From a virus, in the IMG/VR virus record IMGVR_UViG_3300032177_000002, positions 1-64,000 of that record: DNA of 64,000 nt, one strand, 5' to 3'. Positions 1 through 8,865 of this stretch are shown piece by piece (within the stretch, counting starts at the first letter, position 1; each line of letters begins with the position of its first letter). A program made the translations under genes and the position numbers. The notes under the pieces are model-generated. The model saw only the letters and a list, made by a program, of their open reading frames with translations, did no database searches and was not told where the DNA came from.

Positions 1-107
1 CCTATATTAGTATTATATATTAGTACGTTAGTATATACCTATATTAGTATTATATATTAGTACGTTAGTATATACCTATATTAGTATTATATATTAGTAT
101 GTTAGTA
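1..107. repeat. AT-rich 37-bp tandem repeat (~3 copies, runs off the window start)
   Basis: Unit cctatattagtattatatattagtacgttagtatata at 1-37 and 38-74, with a near copy at 75-107; no spacers between copies. Confidence 0.9.
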
Positions 108-541
108 ATAATACTAATAATTTAATTTAGAATTAACTATTGGGAATTACGAATTCGGATCCGGTGGGTACAATAAATATACTCATAAGATACCACAGAA
201 ATTAAAAAATGTAAAGAAGAATTTAAAATAAGCAATTTCGGTACCTTAGCAAGAATTAAGTTTCACGAACCGGTATTTGTGCCCCAGGATCAGGTTAACT
301 GATTGTTTATTTGCTTGCAGGAGATCTAATTTCAAATTCCAGACTTTGGAACTTGACTACATTAGACTACACGAACCCACTGTTAAGTTACTTATGCTGG
401 AATCGTGATGGCGTAAATTTATGCTGGTAGTTTAGGCATGCAATATGCGTTGGGATTTATCACGTGTACAAGCAAGCTTACAAAATCTTAAATATGGCAT
501 AATGTACGTAAATAATAAAATTATTTATACAAAAAATGTTA

Positions 542-569
542 TTGACACAGGCGAGCTTTAATTCATAAT
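542..569 (+). promoter_or_regulatory. Putative sigma70-type promoter for the + strand early gene cluster
   Basis: TTGACA (542-547), 16 nt, then CATAAT (564-569), with an A/T-rich UP-like tract upstream; precedes the first + strand ORF. Confidence 0.4.
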
Positions 570-651
570 TTAGTATACTGGAGAAGTAAAAATAGAAGGA
601 ACGGCAAGAATTAGTCGCAGTACAGTTTAGTACTGCAGGAGATGCAAGATT

Positions 652-936
652 GTGCTTGTTGAGCATAGCAAAGAAACAGTTGGTATAAAAAACAAAGCGG
701 TAGCCGTAAAAATAAAAAATCTAACAGGGGGATTTCAAGACATTTTAAACAACTTTGGGATAATAGGTGCTGAAGAAATATACTTTCACAGGTATGACGA
801 CGGAGACTGGCTTGTTGAAATAGTAACCAAAGATAGGGAAGTTATTCGAGCTTCTGGGCCTTTTAACACTGTATGCATCGAAGCAGTAAATAAACTAAAT
901 AATATTGTGAGTAACTGTATAGTTATGAGATTCTGA
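652..936 (+). CDS. Hypothetical protein
   Basis: 94-aa ORF; first of a tightly packed + strand run. Confidence 0.6.
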   Translation: MLVEHSKETVGIKNKAVAVKIKNLTGGFQDILNNFGIIGAEEIYFHRYDDGDWLVEIVTKDREVIRASGPFNTVCIEAVNKLNNIVSNCIVMRF

Positions 937-942
937 AGTAAG

Positions 943-1242
943 ATGGCTAATAAACATAGAAGAACAAAAGAATGTATAGCTAACCAGAAAAACGAGATTC
1001 TTTTAGTTATGCAATATAACGGTTGGTTGACATCTTCTGAAATAGCATTACTAGTCAAAGGCAGTGTATGGAAGTGTGAAGTTTACAAAAGATTAAGGGC
1101 CTTGTATAAGGCAGGAAAAATAGAAAAAAAGTACAAACCACTAAAAGGGAATACTATGTTAGACAACAAGTACTCTAGAACGAGCAGGATAAAAACACCA
1201 GTGTATCGCGGCAAAGGTGGTACACTAGAAAAGGACACGTAG
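943..1242 (+). CDS. Putative winged-helix DNA-binding protein
   Basis: ILLVM..GWLTSSEIALLV..EVYKRLRALYKAGKIEK is a wHTH pattern; basic; resembles 11363-11641. Confidence 0.55.
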   Translation: MANKHRRTKECIANQKNEILLVMQYNGWLTSSEIALLVKGSVWKCEVYKRLRALYKAGKIEKKYKPLKGNTMLDNKYSRTSRIKTPVYRGKGGTLEKDT

Positions 1243-1244
1243 AA

Positions 1245-1442
1245 ATGAACTACTGGATAAACAGAATTATAGAGTGGGAAAATAAGATTATAAGTAATAT
1301 GATACGCTATGCTTCTAAAGAGATACTAAGAATTTTAATTCTATACAATGTAGTCGAGAATATTAGGGTGAAAGTTATATTTAAAGATAATAATACATCT
1401 AAGTTATACAATATACGTCACGTATCGTATAAGGATGAATAA
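1245..1442 (+). CDS. Hypothetical protein
   Basis: 65-aa ORF abutting its neighbours; AAGGA upstream. Confidence 0.5.
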   Translation: MNYWINRIIEWENKIISNMIRYASKEILRILILYNVVENIRVKVIFKDNNTSKLYNIRHVSYKDE

Positions 1443-1453
1443 AGGAGAAGCAA

Positions 1454-1987
1454 ATGTGTTTTATACAATCTTTGTATTATTTAAACAAATTTTATGGTGA
1501 TAATTCCGGTAGTAAAATTTGGGAGTTACAAGACGAACCAAAATATGAAGCAAAAAGCGAAGACTTCCCTGACATTATAGAATTAGAAGACAAATTTATA
1601 CTGCGCCAAGGAAATATCTATTATGCGCAGATTATAGATTCAAGCCATATAAGTACTGTGCCTGTAGCTAAAATAAGTAAAATGACACAAAGTGTTGTAG
1701 GATCTACTGATGCTGAACTTTTACATGGATTTTTTGTTATCCGTCATAATGATTTACTTAGTTATTGTTTTTCAGAGACTAACGGTTGGGGAGCGTCGGA
1801 GCTTAATCGAACTAAGTATATTAGTATAGATGCTTGTCCTAAGTACGTACCTATTTTAGGGATGCCGAAAGGATTACGTGCTGAAAAAATACTCACGTGT
1901 AATTATGTTGGATACGCTCCAATTGACCCTAAACTTGGTTGTGTATTTAATTATGAATTTTACGCAAAAATTATTAAAATTAACTAA
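1454..1987 (+). CDS. Hypothetical protein
   Basis: 177 aa; strong RBS AAGGAG. Confidence 0.7.
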   Translation: MCFIQSLYYLNKFYGDNSGSKIWELQDEPKYEAKSEDFPDIIELEDKFILRQGNIYYAQIIDSSHISTVPVAKISKMTQSVVGSTDAELLHGFFVIRHNDLLSYCFSETNGWGASELNRTKYISIDACPKYVPILGMPKGLRAEKILTCNYVGYAPIDPKLGCVFNYEFYAKIIKIN

Positions 1988-1998
1988 GGAGAAGAAGG

Positions 1999-2634
1999 AT
2001 GTATGAAAAAAAGATTAAGACGATTACTATTGCTTCTATGAACACGTGTGGTGATCCGGCCGTTACAAAGCATATACAATCAATAATAGGAGTACTGGGT
2101 ACACTTTATATCGAGGTGCATAGAGATCAAGCGTATGATTACTGGCCTGTAATAATAGACTGGTATGATTGGAATACATACGATAATACAAAAAAGAAAC
2201 TTGCATCTAAAGAGGTAAATGTAGAAATGTTCCAAGATACCGTTAACTTAAAGTTATATAACAATGAGGGGTTAGTAATCGCAGAAGTATTAACTCATAA
2301 ATATTATGATGAACAATGTAGGTTAGTTGCAAAGTCAGAAAAACAGTCAGGTAATTGTGTGCTATTTAATAAATACGCAGTAGATAGTGAGTGGGATAAT
2401 TTTTCTAGTATTGACTTTGTAAATCCGTATGAAGAAGAACACGACTGTAATTGCGCATGCGATGATCGTGTATCCGGTGGTAAATGCAATAAAAAAACTG
2501 GCGCGGTATGCATTGAAGAAGCACCAAAGAATAATGATGGTAGAACAACTTGTTTGTGGTGCGGAGCACCAACTAAAAAGGTATCTACAGGGTTTGTTAA
2601 AGAATTCAATATATGCACGGAGTGTAAACAATAA
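1999..2634 (+). CDS. Hypothetical protein with C-terminal Cys-rich Zn-ribbon
   Basis: RBS AAGGAG; CNCAC plus CLWC...CTEC at the C-terminus. Confidence 0.7.
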   Translation: MYEKKIKTITIASMNTCGDPAVTKHIQSIIGVLGTLYIEVHRDQAYDYWPVIIDWYDWNTYDNTKKKLASKEVNVEMFQDTVNLKLYNNEGLVIAEVLTHKYYDEQCRLVAKSEKQSGNCVLFNKYAVDSEWDNFSSIDFVNPYEEEHDCNCACDDRVSGGKCNKKTGAVCIEEAPKNNDGRTTCLWCGAPTKKVSTGFVKEFNICTECKQ

Positions 2635-2725
2635 ATAAATTTGTAAGTACCGAAGATAATAAGCAAACTTTTTAAGCCGCTGATTTATAAATTAGTATCA
2701 CGTACTTTCCACGCACAAACAAATA

Positions 2726-2971
2726 ATGGAGAAACGAATGAAATGCAATTACGTAAACCGTGTTTCTTTGAATACGTCTGTTATTATAGAAGGAGCATCA
2801 TTAAACAGATGCGGGGCTGAAGCAGCACCAGGACTACACTGTTGTTGGGATCATGCCGATAAAGAAACCTTGATATTATATGCACAAATATTGCTAAGAG
2901 AAAAAAAGAAGTACATCGCACAGCTACAGTTAATAATAAATAAGGCCAATAATAACGAACATGTCAAGTAA
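2726..2971 (+). CDS. Hypothetical Cys/His-rich protein
   Basis: 81 aa, C..RC...HCCWDH; overlaps the carA start. Confidence 0.55.
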   Translation: MEKRMKCNYVNRVSLNTSVIIEGASLNRCGAEAAPGLHCCWDHADKETLILYAQILLREKKKYIAQLQLIINKANNNEHVK

Positions 2972-4106
2972 CCAAGCGATACTTGCGCTTACTGATGGAT
3001 CCATATTTAGAGGATACTCTTTTTGTACAAAAATAACCGCTATAGGAGAAGTTGTTTTTAACACAGCTATGTTTGGTTATCAAGAAATGCTTACAGACCC
3101 GTCATACTGCGGGCAAATCCTAGTTCTGACTGCTCCGCATATTGGAAATGTTGGGGTAAATGAAGAGGATCAAGAGTCCGATATAGTATGGGCAGAAGGA
3201 CTTATCGTGTCAGATATTTCGCTTACTACTTCCAACTGGAGAGCAGAAAAAGGACTACTTGATTATTTGGATGTGCTTGGTTTGCCAGTTGGATGGGGAT
3301 TTGATACGCGGGCCTTGGTCCTCCATCTTCGTCAGTATGGTGCACTGCCTGGGGTTTTGGTTTGTGGATATGCACCATTGCAGGATGAACTCACGAGTTT
3401 GCTTACGAAAGCTCACGGTACCGATGGCTGTGATCTCACCCGAAGGGTGGCGTGCAAAGAAATGCAAAGCTGGCAGCGTGGGCCGTATCGATCTGGACGA
3501 TTACCTAAGGTCAGTCAGGAGCCCAAGGCAAAACGTCCATGCATCGCGGTCATTGATTGCGGAGTTAAACGCTCTATCCTTCGCGAGCTCTTCGGTTGTC
3601 AGGCCGAAGTGAACGTGGTGCCTCCAGATACCGATGCACCTTCCATTCTCGCGCTAGGCCCAGCAGGAGTGGTGATTTCCAACGGCCCCGGTGATCCTTC
3701 TGCGGTAACCACCGTGCCCGATACCCTTCGCCACCTCCTTGGAAAAGTTCCAATATTGGGCATCTGCCTTGGTCACCAATTGCTTTCTTTAGCCCTGGGA
3801 GGAAAAACCTATAAGTTACCTTTTGGTCACCATGGTGCGAATCACCCGGTACAGGATAAAACAACAGGTTCAATTTGGATCACTTCGCAGAATCATAATT
3901 ACGCAGTAGCTCCTGATTCTCTTCCAGCAAACGTGGAAATAAGCATGATTAACCTAACGGATGGTTCCGTGGAAGGAATAATAAGTAATGAACTACAAAT
4001 AGAAGGTATTCAATTTCACCCAGAAGCAGGTCCTGGTCCACACGATGCCCTAAATGTTTTTCCGCGGTTTATTGCACGTTGTAAAAAAGGAGGCTACGGA
4101 TGCTGA
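2961..4106 (+). CDS. carA: Carbamoyl-phosphate synthase small (glutaminase) subunit
   Basis: [31 protein letters not shown] (catalytic Cys), [19 protein letters not shown] and [12 protein letters not shown] are all present. Confidence 0.97.
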   Translation: MSSNQAILALTDGSIFRGYSFCTKITAIGEVVFNTAMFGYQEMLTDPSYCGQILVLTAPHIGNVGVNEEDQESDIVWAEGLIVSDISLTTSNWRAEKGLLDYLDVLGLPVGWGFDTRALVLHLRQYGALPGVLVCGYAPLQDELTSLLTKAHGTDGCDLTRRVACKEMQSWQRGPYRSGRLPKVSQEPKAKRPCIAVIDCGVKRSILRELFGCQAEVNVVPPDTDAPSILALGPAGVVISNGPGDPSAVTTVPDTLRHLLGKVPILGICLGHQLLSLALGGKTYKLPFGHHGANHPVQDKTTGSIWITSQNHNYAVAPDSLPANVEISMINLTDGSVEGIISNELQIEGIQFHPEAGPGPHDALNVFPRFIARCKKGGYGC

Positions 4107-7100
4107 AACCATTGTTGCACAGTAGCGAATCAAAAAATATTTGTATCCTTGGATCGGGCCCAATACGTATTGGGCAAGCATGCGAGTTCGATTATTCAGG
4201 AGTGCAAGGCGTACAAGCACTGCGTGAGGAAGGCATTAGGGTGGTACTCCTGAATTCTAATCCAGCAACTATTATGACTGACTCTGATTTGGCTGATGCT
4301 ACATACATTGAGCCGGTAACGGCAGAGATTGCTGCAATGATTTTAGAGAAAGAGCAATGCGATGCGCTACTACCGACTCTTGGTGGGCAAACGGCGCTTA
4401 ACGTGGCTCTTGAGCTATCTCAGACTGGTGTTCTTGACCGATTAAGAGTACGCCTTTTGGGTGCGAATGCAAAAACGATACAGATCGCTGAGGATAGAGG
4501 ATGTTTCCGTGACGCGATGAAAGGTGCCGGACTTCCAGTACTTTCATCTATTATTGTAAAATCTGTATTAGATGCAGAACACTCTGTAGACTTGGTTAAT
4601 TTTCCAGCAGTTTTAAGACCTTCTTATACTCTTGGAGGTACAGGTGCTTCCATTGTTTATAATAATGCAGAATACAATTCTGCGATAAAAATAGCATTGG
4701 ATTCAAGCCCAACAAGAGAAGTTTTAGTCGAGCAGTCGGTAGAAGGATGGAAAGAATTTGAATTAGAAGTAATGCGGGATGTGGCAGATACTGTAGTGGT
4801 AGTGTGCTCGATTGAGAATATAGACGCTATGGGGATTCATACTGGTGATTCTATAACAGTGGCACCTGCCTTAACGCTAACTGACAAAGAATACCAAGTA
4901 CTACGGGATGCGGCAGCAACTTGTTTACGCACAATAGGTGTTGAAACAGGTGGAGCTAACGTACAATTTGCTGTTAATCCTAAAACTGGGGAATGGGTGA
5001 TTATCGAAATGAACCCGAGAGTGTCACGTTCTTCTGCTCTTGCATCTAAAGCTACTGGTTTCCCCATCGCTCGCATTGCAGCTAAACTCGCAATAGGATA
5101 TCGACTTGACGAAATTACTAATAGTATAACTGGTACAACTCCAGCTTCTTTTGAACCTGCTCTTGATTATGTAGTAGTAAAAATGCCGCGCTTTGCTTTT
5201 GAAAAGTTCCCATCTGTTAAGAATGTACTTGGGATATCTATGAAATCAGTGGGCGAGGTTATGGCTATTGGTCGAACATTCGAAGAGGCATTACTAAAAG
5301 CTGTTCGTTCATTAGAACTCGGTAGAATTGGGCTTGCTGCTCCATCTAATATTGCTATTCTTGGTAATGATGCACTAGTTTCGAGTTTGCGTGTCCCACA
5401 TCCTGATCGTCTTTGGGCTATTGCTGAAGCTATCCGGCGTGCTGTTTGTGTCGAATCCGTTGCGTCTTTTTCTGGATGGGATCCGTGGTTTGTTCAAAGA
5501 ATTGCAGACTTGGTAATGATAGAACGAGTTATTTCTGAGCGCGGAATAAGTGATACTGATGTGTTATCTTCAGTTAAGAATTTTGGGTTTAGCGACGGAG
5601 ATTTATCCAGGTTGGCTCGTATTCCTGAACACGAAGTTCGTAAGTATAGAAAACAATGCGGTATAGTGCGTCGTTATCGTAAGGTCGATACCTGTGCGGG
5701 TGAATTTGTAGCTGTTACACCTTACTTTTACGGCAACTTCGGTACATTAGATGAGGTGCCACCAAAAAATAAAAATACGGTAATTATTCTTGGTTCAGGA
5801 CCTATCCGTATTGGTCAAGGAATAGAGTTTGATTCCTGTTGTGTACAAGCTATAACCGGGATTAAAAAAGCTGGGCGAGAAGCCGTAATGATCAATTGTA
5901 ACCCAGAAACTGTTTCTACTGACTGGGATATAGCAGACCGTTTATATTTCGAACCATTAACTCTTGAAGACGTACTCGATGTGGTTGAACGAGAATCCGC
6001 TGAAGGAGTACTTGTTCAATTCGGTGGGCAGACTCCATTAAATCTAGCACGAGGTTTAACGGATGCAGGAGTAAAAATCCTTGGTACATCACTGGAAGCT
6101 ATACATTTAGCTGAGGATCGTAAACGTTTTTCAGAAGTACTACATCAATTGGGGTTGCTAGAACCTCCTGGAGAAACAGTAGTTACCCTAGAGCAAGCTT
6201 ACAGTGCAGTACATACTTTAGGGTACCCAATACTAGTTAGACCCTCTTACGTGCTTGGTGGACGGGGAATGAAGGTTATTTATAGTGGTGTGGATCTAGA
6301 AGACTATTGGAAACGGGAAGTCTTTGAAGCGCCAAAACATCCGGTACGTATCGATCACTTCTTGGAGCGTGCAGTAGAAATCGATGTAGACGCGTTAACT
6401 GATGGGAGAACCGTAATAATTTGTGGTGTACTTGAACATATTGAAGAGGCTGGGATTCATTCAGGCGATTCGTCGTGTGTATTCCCTAGTGTTTCTCTTC
6501 CTCTAGAAATATTGGCTGAGGTACGCCGTATTACTCGTTTATTGGCACGAAAGCTAGTGGTAGTAGGACTTTTTAATATGCAACTTGCTGTTCGTGATGG
6601 TACGGTTTATGTTCTAGAAGTCAACCCTCGTGCCTCACGTACCATCCCATTTATTTCAAAAGTGACTGGTGTACCGTGGGCTGAGTTAGCTGCCCAGGTA
6701 TGCTGTGGAGTTCCGATTGCTGATTTAGGTATTTCGGATGGTGTTCCTATGGGTGTTGCAGTCAAAATGCCATTCTTTCCTTTTGACCGTTTCCCTGGAG
6801 TAGACCCGTTATTGGGTCCAGAGATGCGGTCTACTGGTGAAGTAATGGGGATGTCGAAAAGTTTTGGTGAATCTTACCTGAAAGCTGCGTTAAGTGTTGG
6901 TCTACAACTGCCTAAGAAGGGAACAGTATTCCTTTCGGTAGCTAATGCTGATAAATTAAGGATTGTTTCACTGGCAGCACGTTTTGAAGAATTAGGTTTT
7001 ACTATACTAGCTACTTATGGAACGGCGGAAATATTAGCCCGTAATGGAATTCTAGTGAATTATGTTTACAAGGTTTCGGAGGGAAGGCCACATGTGGTTG

Positions 7101-7315
7101 ACTTAATGATTAATGGCAAAATCCAGTTGGTAGTCAATACGACAACAGGTTCTTCGGCTCATAAGGATGGGATTAAGATTCGTTGTGGCGCATTAGAGCA
7201 TCATATCCCTTATGTAGCCACCGTAGCTGGTGGGTTTGCTGCTGCTGAAGCGATATCGGCGTTAGTAAAAAACAAAATAACAGTAAGATCCCTGCAACAA
7301 TGGAAAAGAATCTAA
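4100..7315 (+). CDS. carB: Carbamoyl-phosphate synthase large subunit
   Basis: 1071 aa; [64 protein letters not shown]; second ATP-grasp ([16 protein letters not shown]); C-terminal MGS domain. Confidence 0.98.
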   Translation: MLKPLLHSSESKNICILGSGPIRIGQACEFDYSGVQGVQALREEGIRVVLLNSNPATIMTDSDLADATYIEPVTAEIAAMILEKEQCDALLPTLGGQTALNVALELSQTGVLDRLRVRLLGANAKTIQIAEDRGCFRDAMKGAGLPVLSSIIVKSVLDAEHSVDLVNFPAVLRPSYTLGGTGASIVYNNAEYNSAIKIALDSSPTREVLVEQSVEGWKEFELEVMRDVADTVVVVCSIENIDAMGIHTGDSITVAPALTLTDKEYQVLRDAAATCLRTIGVETGGANVQFAVNPKTGEWVIIEMNPRVSRSSALASKATGFPIARIAAKLAIGYRLDEITNSITGTTPASFEPALDYVVVKMPRFAFEKFPSVKNVLGISMKSVGEVMAIGRTFEEALLKAVRSLELGRIGLAAPSNIAILGNDALVSSLRVPHPDRLWAIAEAIRRAVCVESVASFSGWDPWFVQRIADLVMIERVISERGISDTDVLSSVKNFGFSDGDLSRLARIPEHEVRKYRKQCGIVRRYRKVDTCAGEFVAVTPYFYGNFGTLDEVPPKNKNTVIILGSGPIRIGQGIEFDSCCVQAITGIKKAGREAVMINCNPETVSTDWDIADRLYFEPLTLEDVLDVVERESAEGVLVQFGGQTPLNLARGLTDAGVKILGTSLEAIHLAEDRKRFSEVLHQLGLLEPPGETVVTLEQAYSAVHTLGYPILVRPSYVLGGRGMKVIYSGVDLEDYWKREVFEAPKHPVRIDHFLERAVEIDVDALTDGRTVIICGVLEHIEEAGIHSGDSSCVFPSVSLPLEILAEVRRITRLLARKLVVVGLFNMQLAVRDGTVYVLEVNPRASRTIPFISKVTGVPWAELAAQVCCGVPIADLGISDGVPMGVAVKMPFFPFDRFPGVDPLLGPEMRSTGEVMGMSKSFGESYLKAALSVGLQLPKKGTVFLSVANADKLRIVSLAARFEELGFTILATYGTAEILARNGILVNYVYKVSEGRPHVVDLMINGKIQLVVNTTTGSSAHKDGIKIRCGALEHHIPYVATVAGGFAAAEAISALVKNKITVRSLQQWKRI

Positions 7316-7333
7316 TTCTAAGTACAGAATTAG
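7312..7333. terminator. Weak inverted repeat at the convergence point (possible bidirectional pause/terminator)
   Basis: CTAATTCT-AAGTAC-AGAATTAG is a perfect 8-bp stem covering the carB stop and the stop of the opposite ORF; AT-rich, no clear U-tract. Confidence 0.25.
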
Positions 7334-7557
7334 TATTGGAGTTCAATAAAAATGAAAGTATATATAATTACAAGTAAAAAAAAGTAAAAGTCAAGCATGA
7401 CATTCTGAAGGAGCGGCCATGTATCGTGGTCATTGTAAGTGAGCGTGATCCACCTGCTTGGTTTCAGAACCCGAAAGCACTCCTGCATCGCCTTCCGGAA
7501 GAGAGATTCCCAATGCGACTCATCAAGACCGCGAATCGCGTTGACGTGGCGGTTCAT
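7330..7557 (-). pseudogene. Chimeric remnant ORF: first ~8 codons of a type III restriction (Res) helicase fused in frame to an internal adenine DNA methyltransferase fragment
   Basis: MNRHVNAI matches the N-terminus of a Res-like DEAD helicase family and directly follows a mod C-terminus. WESLFRKAMQECFRVLKPSRWITLTY is the MTase 'RVLKPG' region. The ORF then runs into AT-rich phage DNA. Confidence 0.6.
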
Positions 7558-7730
7558 CGTCCTACCTCCTGCTCAAAGAGGCTCTGCTGACCAGGCTTCG
7601 GTGGAGCCTTCGGAAGGTTCTCCACCTGCAGGCTGTAGTCGTCATGCCCCCACTCGCAGCGAGCGAGGACTTGCTTGGGTATCTTTTTCACTGTCAGGTG
7701 TGGATAACGATCCGGCTTGCCCCGGAATGC
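7554..7730 (-). pseudogene. 3' end of a type III-like site-specific DNA methyltransferase (Mod) gene
   Basis: AFRGKPDRYPHLTVKKIPKQVLARCEWGHDDYSLQVENLPKAPPKPGQQSLFE resembles Mod C-termini; its stop overlaps the res ATG (ATGA). Confidence 0.65.
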
Positions 7731-8079
7731 GGTGGCGAGGCTCGAGGCCATGCGAGCGAAGCAAGTCGGCTCTGTGGTGTTCCTCCACCAGCTCGCTGCA
7801 CGCCACTCGAACAACCCCAGGCAGCACAAGGCTCGCCAGGTTCCGGCGCGGCCGTACCTCAGCGAACGCGGTTCGGTCCCCATTCGACTCCGGTAGGATG
7901 CGCGCAGGTCGTACCGCGCTCCCGTTGATTCGAAGGTGCGCCGCGAGCTGGTCGGCGAGCACGTTGTGCTGCTTCGCGCGCTCCTCGGTGATGAGCGCCT
8001 CGAGCGTCTTGCGAAACATATCCTGGTTGCCATCTGCTCCAGCCTTTACGATGTCGAGCAACAGATCAGCGCGTGCCAT
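7725..8079 (-). pseudogene. 5' fragment of an IetA-like AAA ATPase (AAA + S8 protease defence/TA pair), cut just before Walker A
   Basis: RBS AAGGAGG then MARADLLLDIVKAG..LITEERAKQHNVLADQL..LVEEHHRADLLRSHGLEPRHRI; the expected LLxGPPGxGKT is absent; the frame stays open to 7642. Confidence 0.7.
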
Positions 8080-8174
8080 GTTCAGCCTCCTTCCAGGAGG
8101 GCAAACGCAGCGAACGCCCGCATGGCGGGACACGCATTCCACCCTTCGCAACTGCCCCGCTGCACGGACAGGGC

Positions 8175-8565
8175 CTATTTGTGATCTCTGAGCGCATGGC
8201 CCGTACCTCCGCAGAAGCTGCACTTGTTCACGTTCGTGACTCCGTACCCGCGCCCATCGCAGTCGGGGCAGGTCATCCCGCCAGCATATACAGGGGGCAT
8301 ACAGACCGCATCCGTCCCAAACCCCGCCCCTGGGGGGGTGGGGGCACCCGCGGCCTGGGGGGGGGGGGAAGATGGCTCAATTCCCCCCTTGACTCCCCCC
8401 TCCCTACCTGTGCCCGCGCAGGATGGGCACGTCTTCGGCTCGGCCTCGACGGTCTTCCCGTCGCCGCCGCACTCCATGCACCGGGGCGGCTTCGACTCGA
8501 CCCAGAAGCCGTTGACCCTCCCCCATTCAGCATCGCAGAAGGAACACCGGATCAACGTCGCCATG
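8175..8565 (-). pseudogene. DnaJ-type CxxCxGxG zinc-finger segment interrupted by a G/C-run insert
   Basis: CMECGGDG, CPSCAGTG, CPDCDGRG and CSFCGGTG repeats; ~8276-8400 is a low-complexity homopolymer-rich insert. Confidence 0.6.
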
Positions 8566-8783
8566 ATGTCGAGCAACTCCTCAGAGGGAACCTGGTGAAT
8601 GTCTCGATGAATCACTGGCCAAGCACGGTTTTCCCTGAGAGTGGCGCAGCAATCCGCATCAAACTCGGAAGCGACGGCGGTGATGAATCCAGCCGCTTCC
8701 AGTCCGAGGTCAAGACCACCTGCTCCGGTGTAAAGGCTGATGACCTTCGGTCCAGCTTGTTTCCGTTGTTTGCTTCTAGCCAA
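8565..8783 (-). pseudogene. 5' fragment of a C5-cytosine DNA methyltransferase (motifs I-III only), fused in frame to the Zn finger (202-aa chimeric ORF 8175-8783)
   Basis: VISLYTGAGGLDLGLEAAGF (motif I), ASEFD..CCATLRENR, IHRDI; catalytic PCQ motif IV is absent; RBS AGGAG before a TTG start. Confidence 0.75.
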
Positions 8784-8865
8784 AGGGCAGCTCCTACACT
8801 ACAGTGATTCTGCTGTCAATCCAGTAACTTGTATCATCGATTTCCTTTTTATTCTAAAAAGTTAA

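Noticed and set aside
1-107. CRISPR array
   Set aside because: The 37-bp units are directly adjacent with no unique spacers, and there are no cas genes
7330-8783. Functional phage-encoded restriction-modification or TA system
   Set aside because: Every component lacks its catalytic core (no PCQ, no Walker A, no DPPY, no helicase or nuclease body)
7439-8807. Long + strand ORFs (7439-8191, 8073-8807 etc.) as real genes
   Set aside because: Stop-poor GC-rich antisense frames; all recognisable motifs are on the - strand
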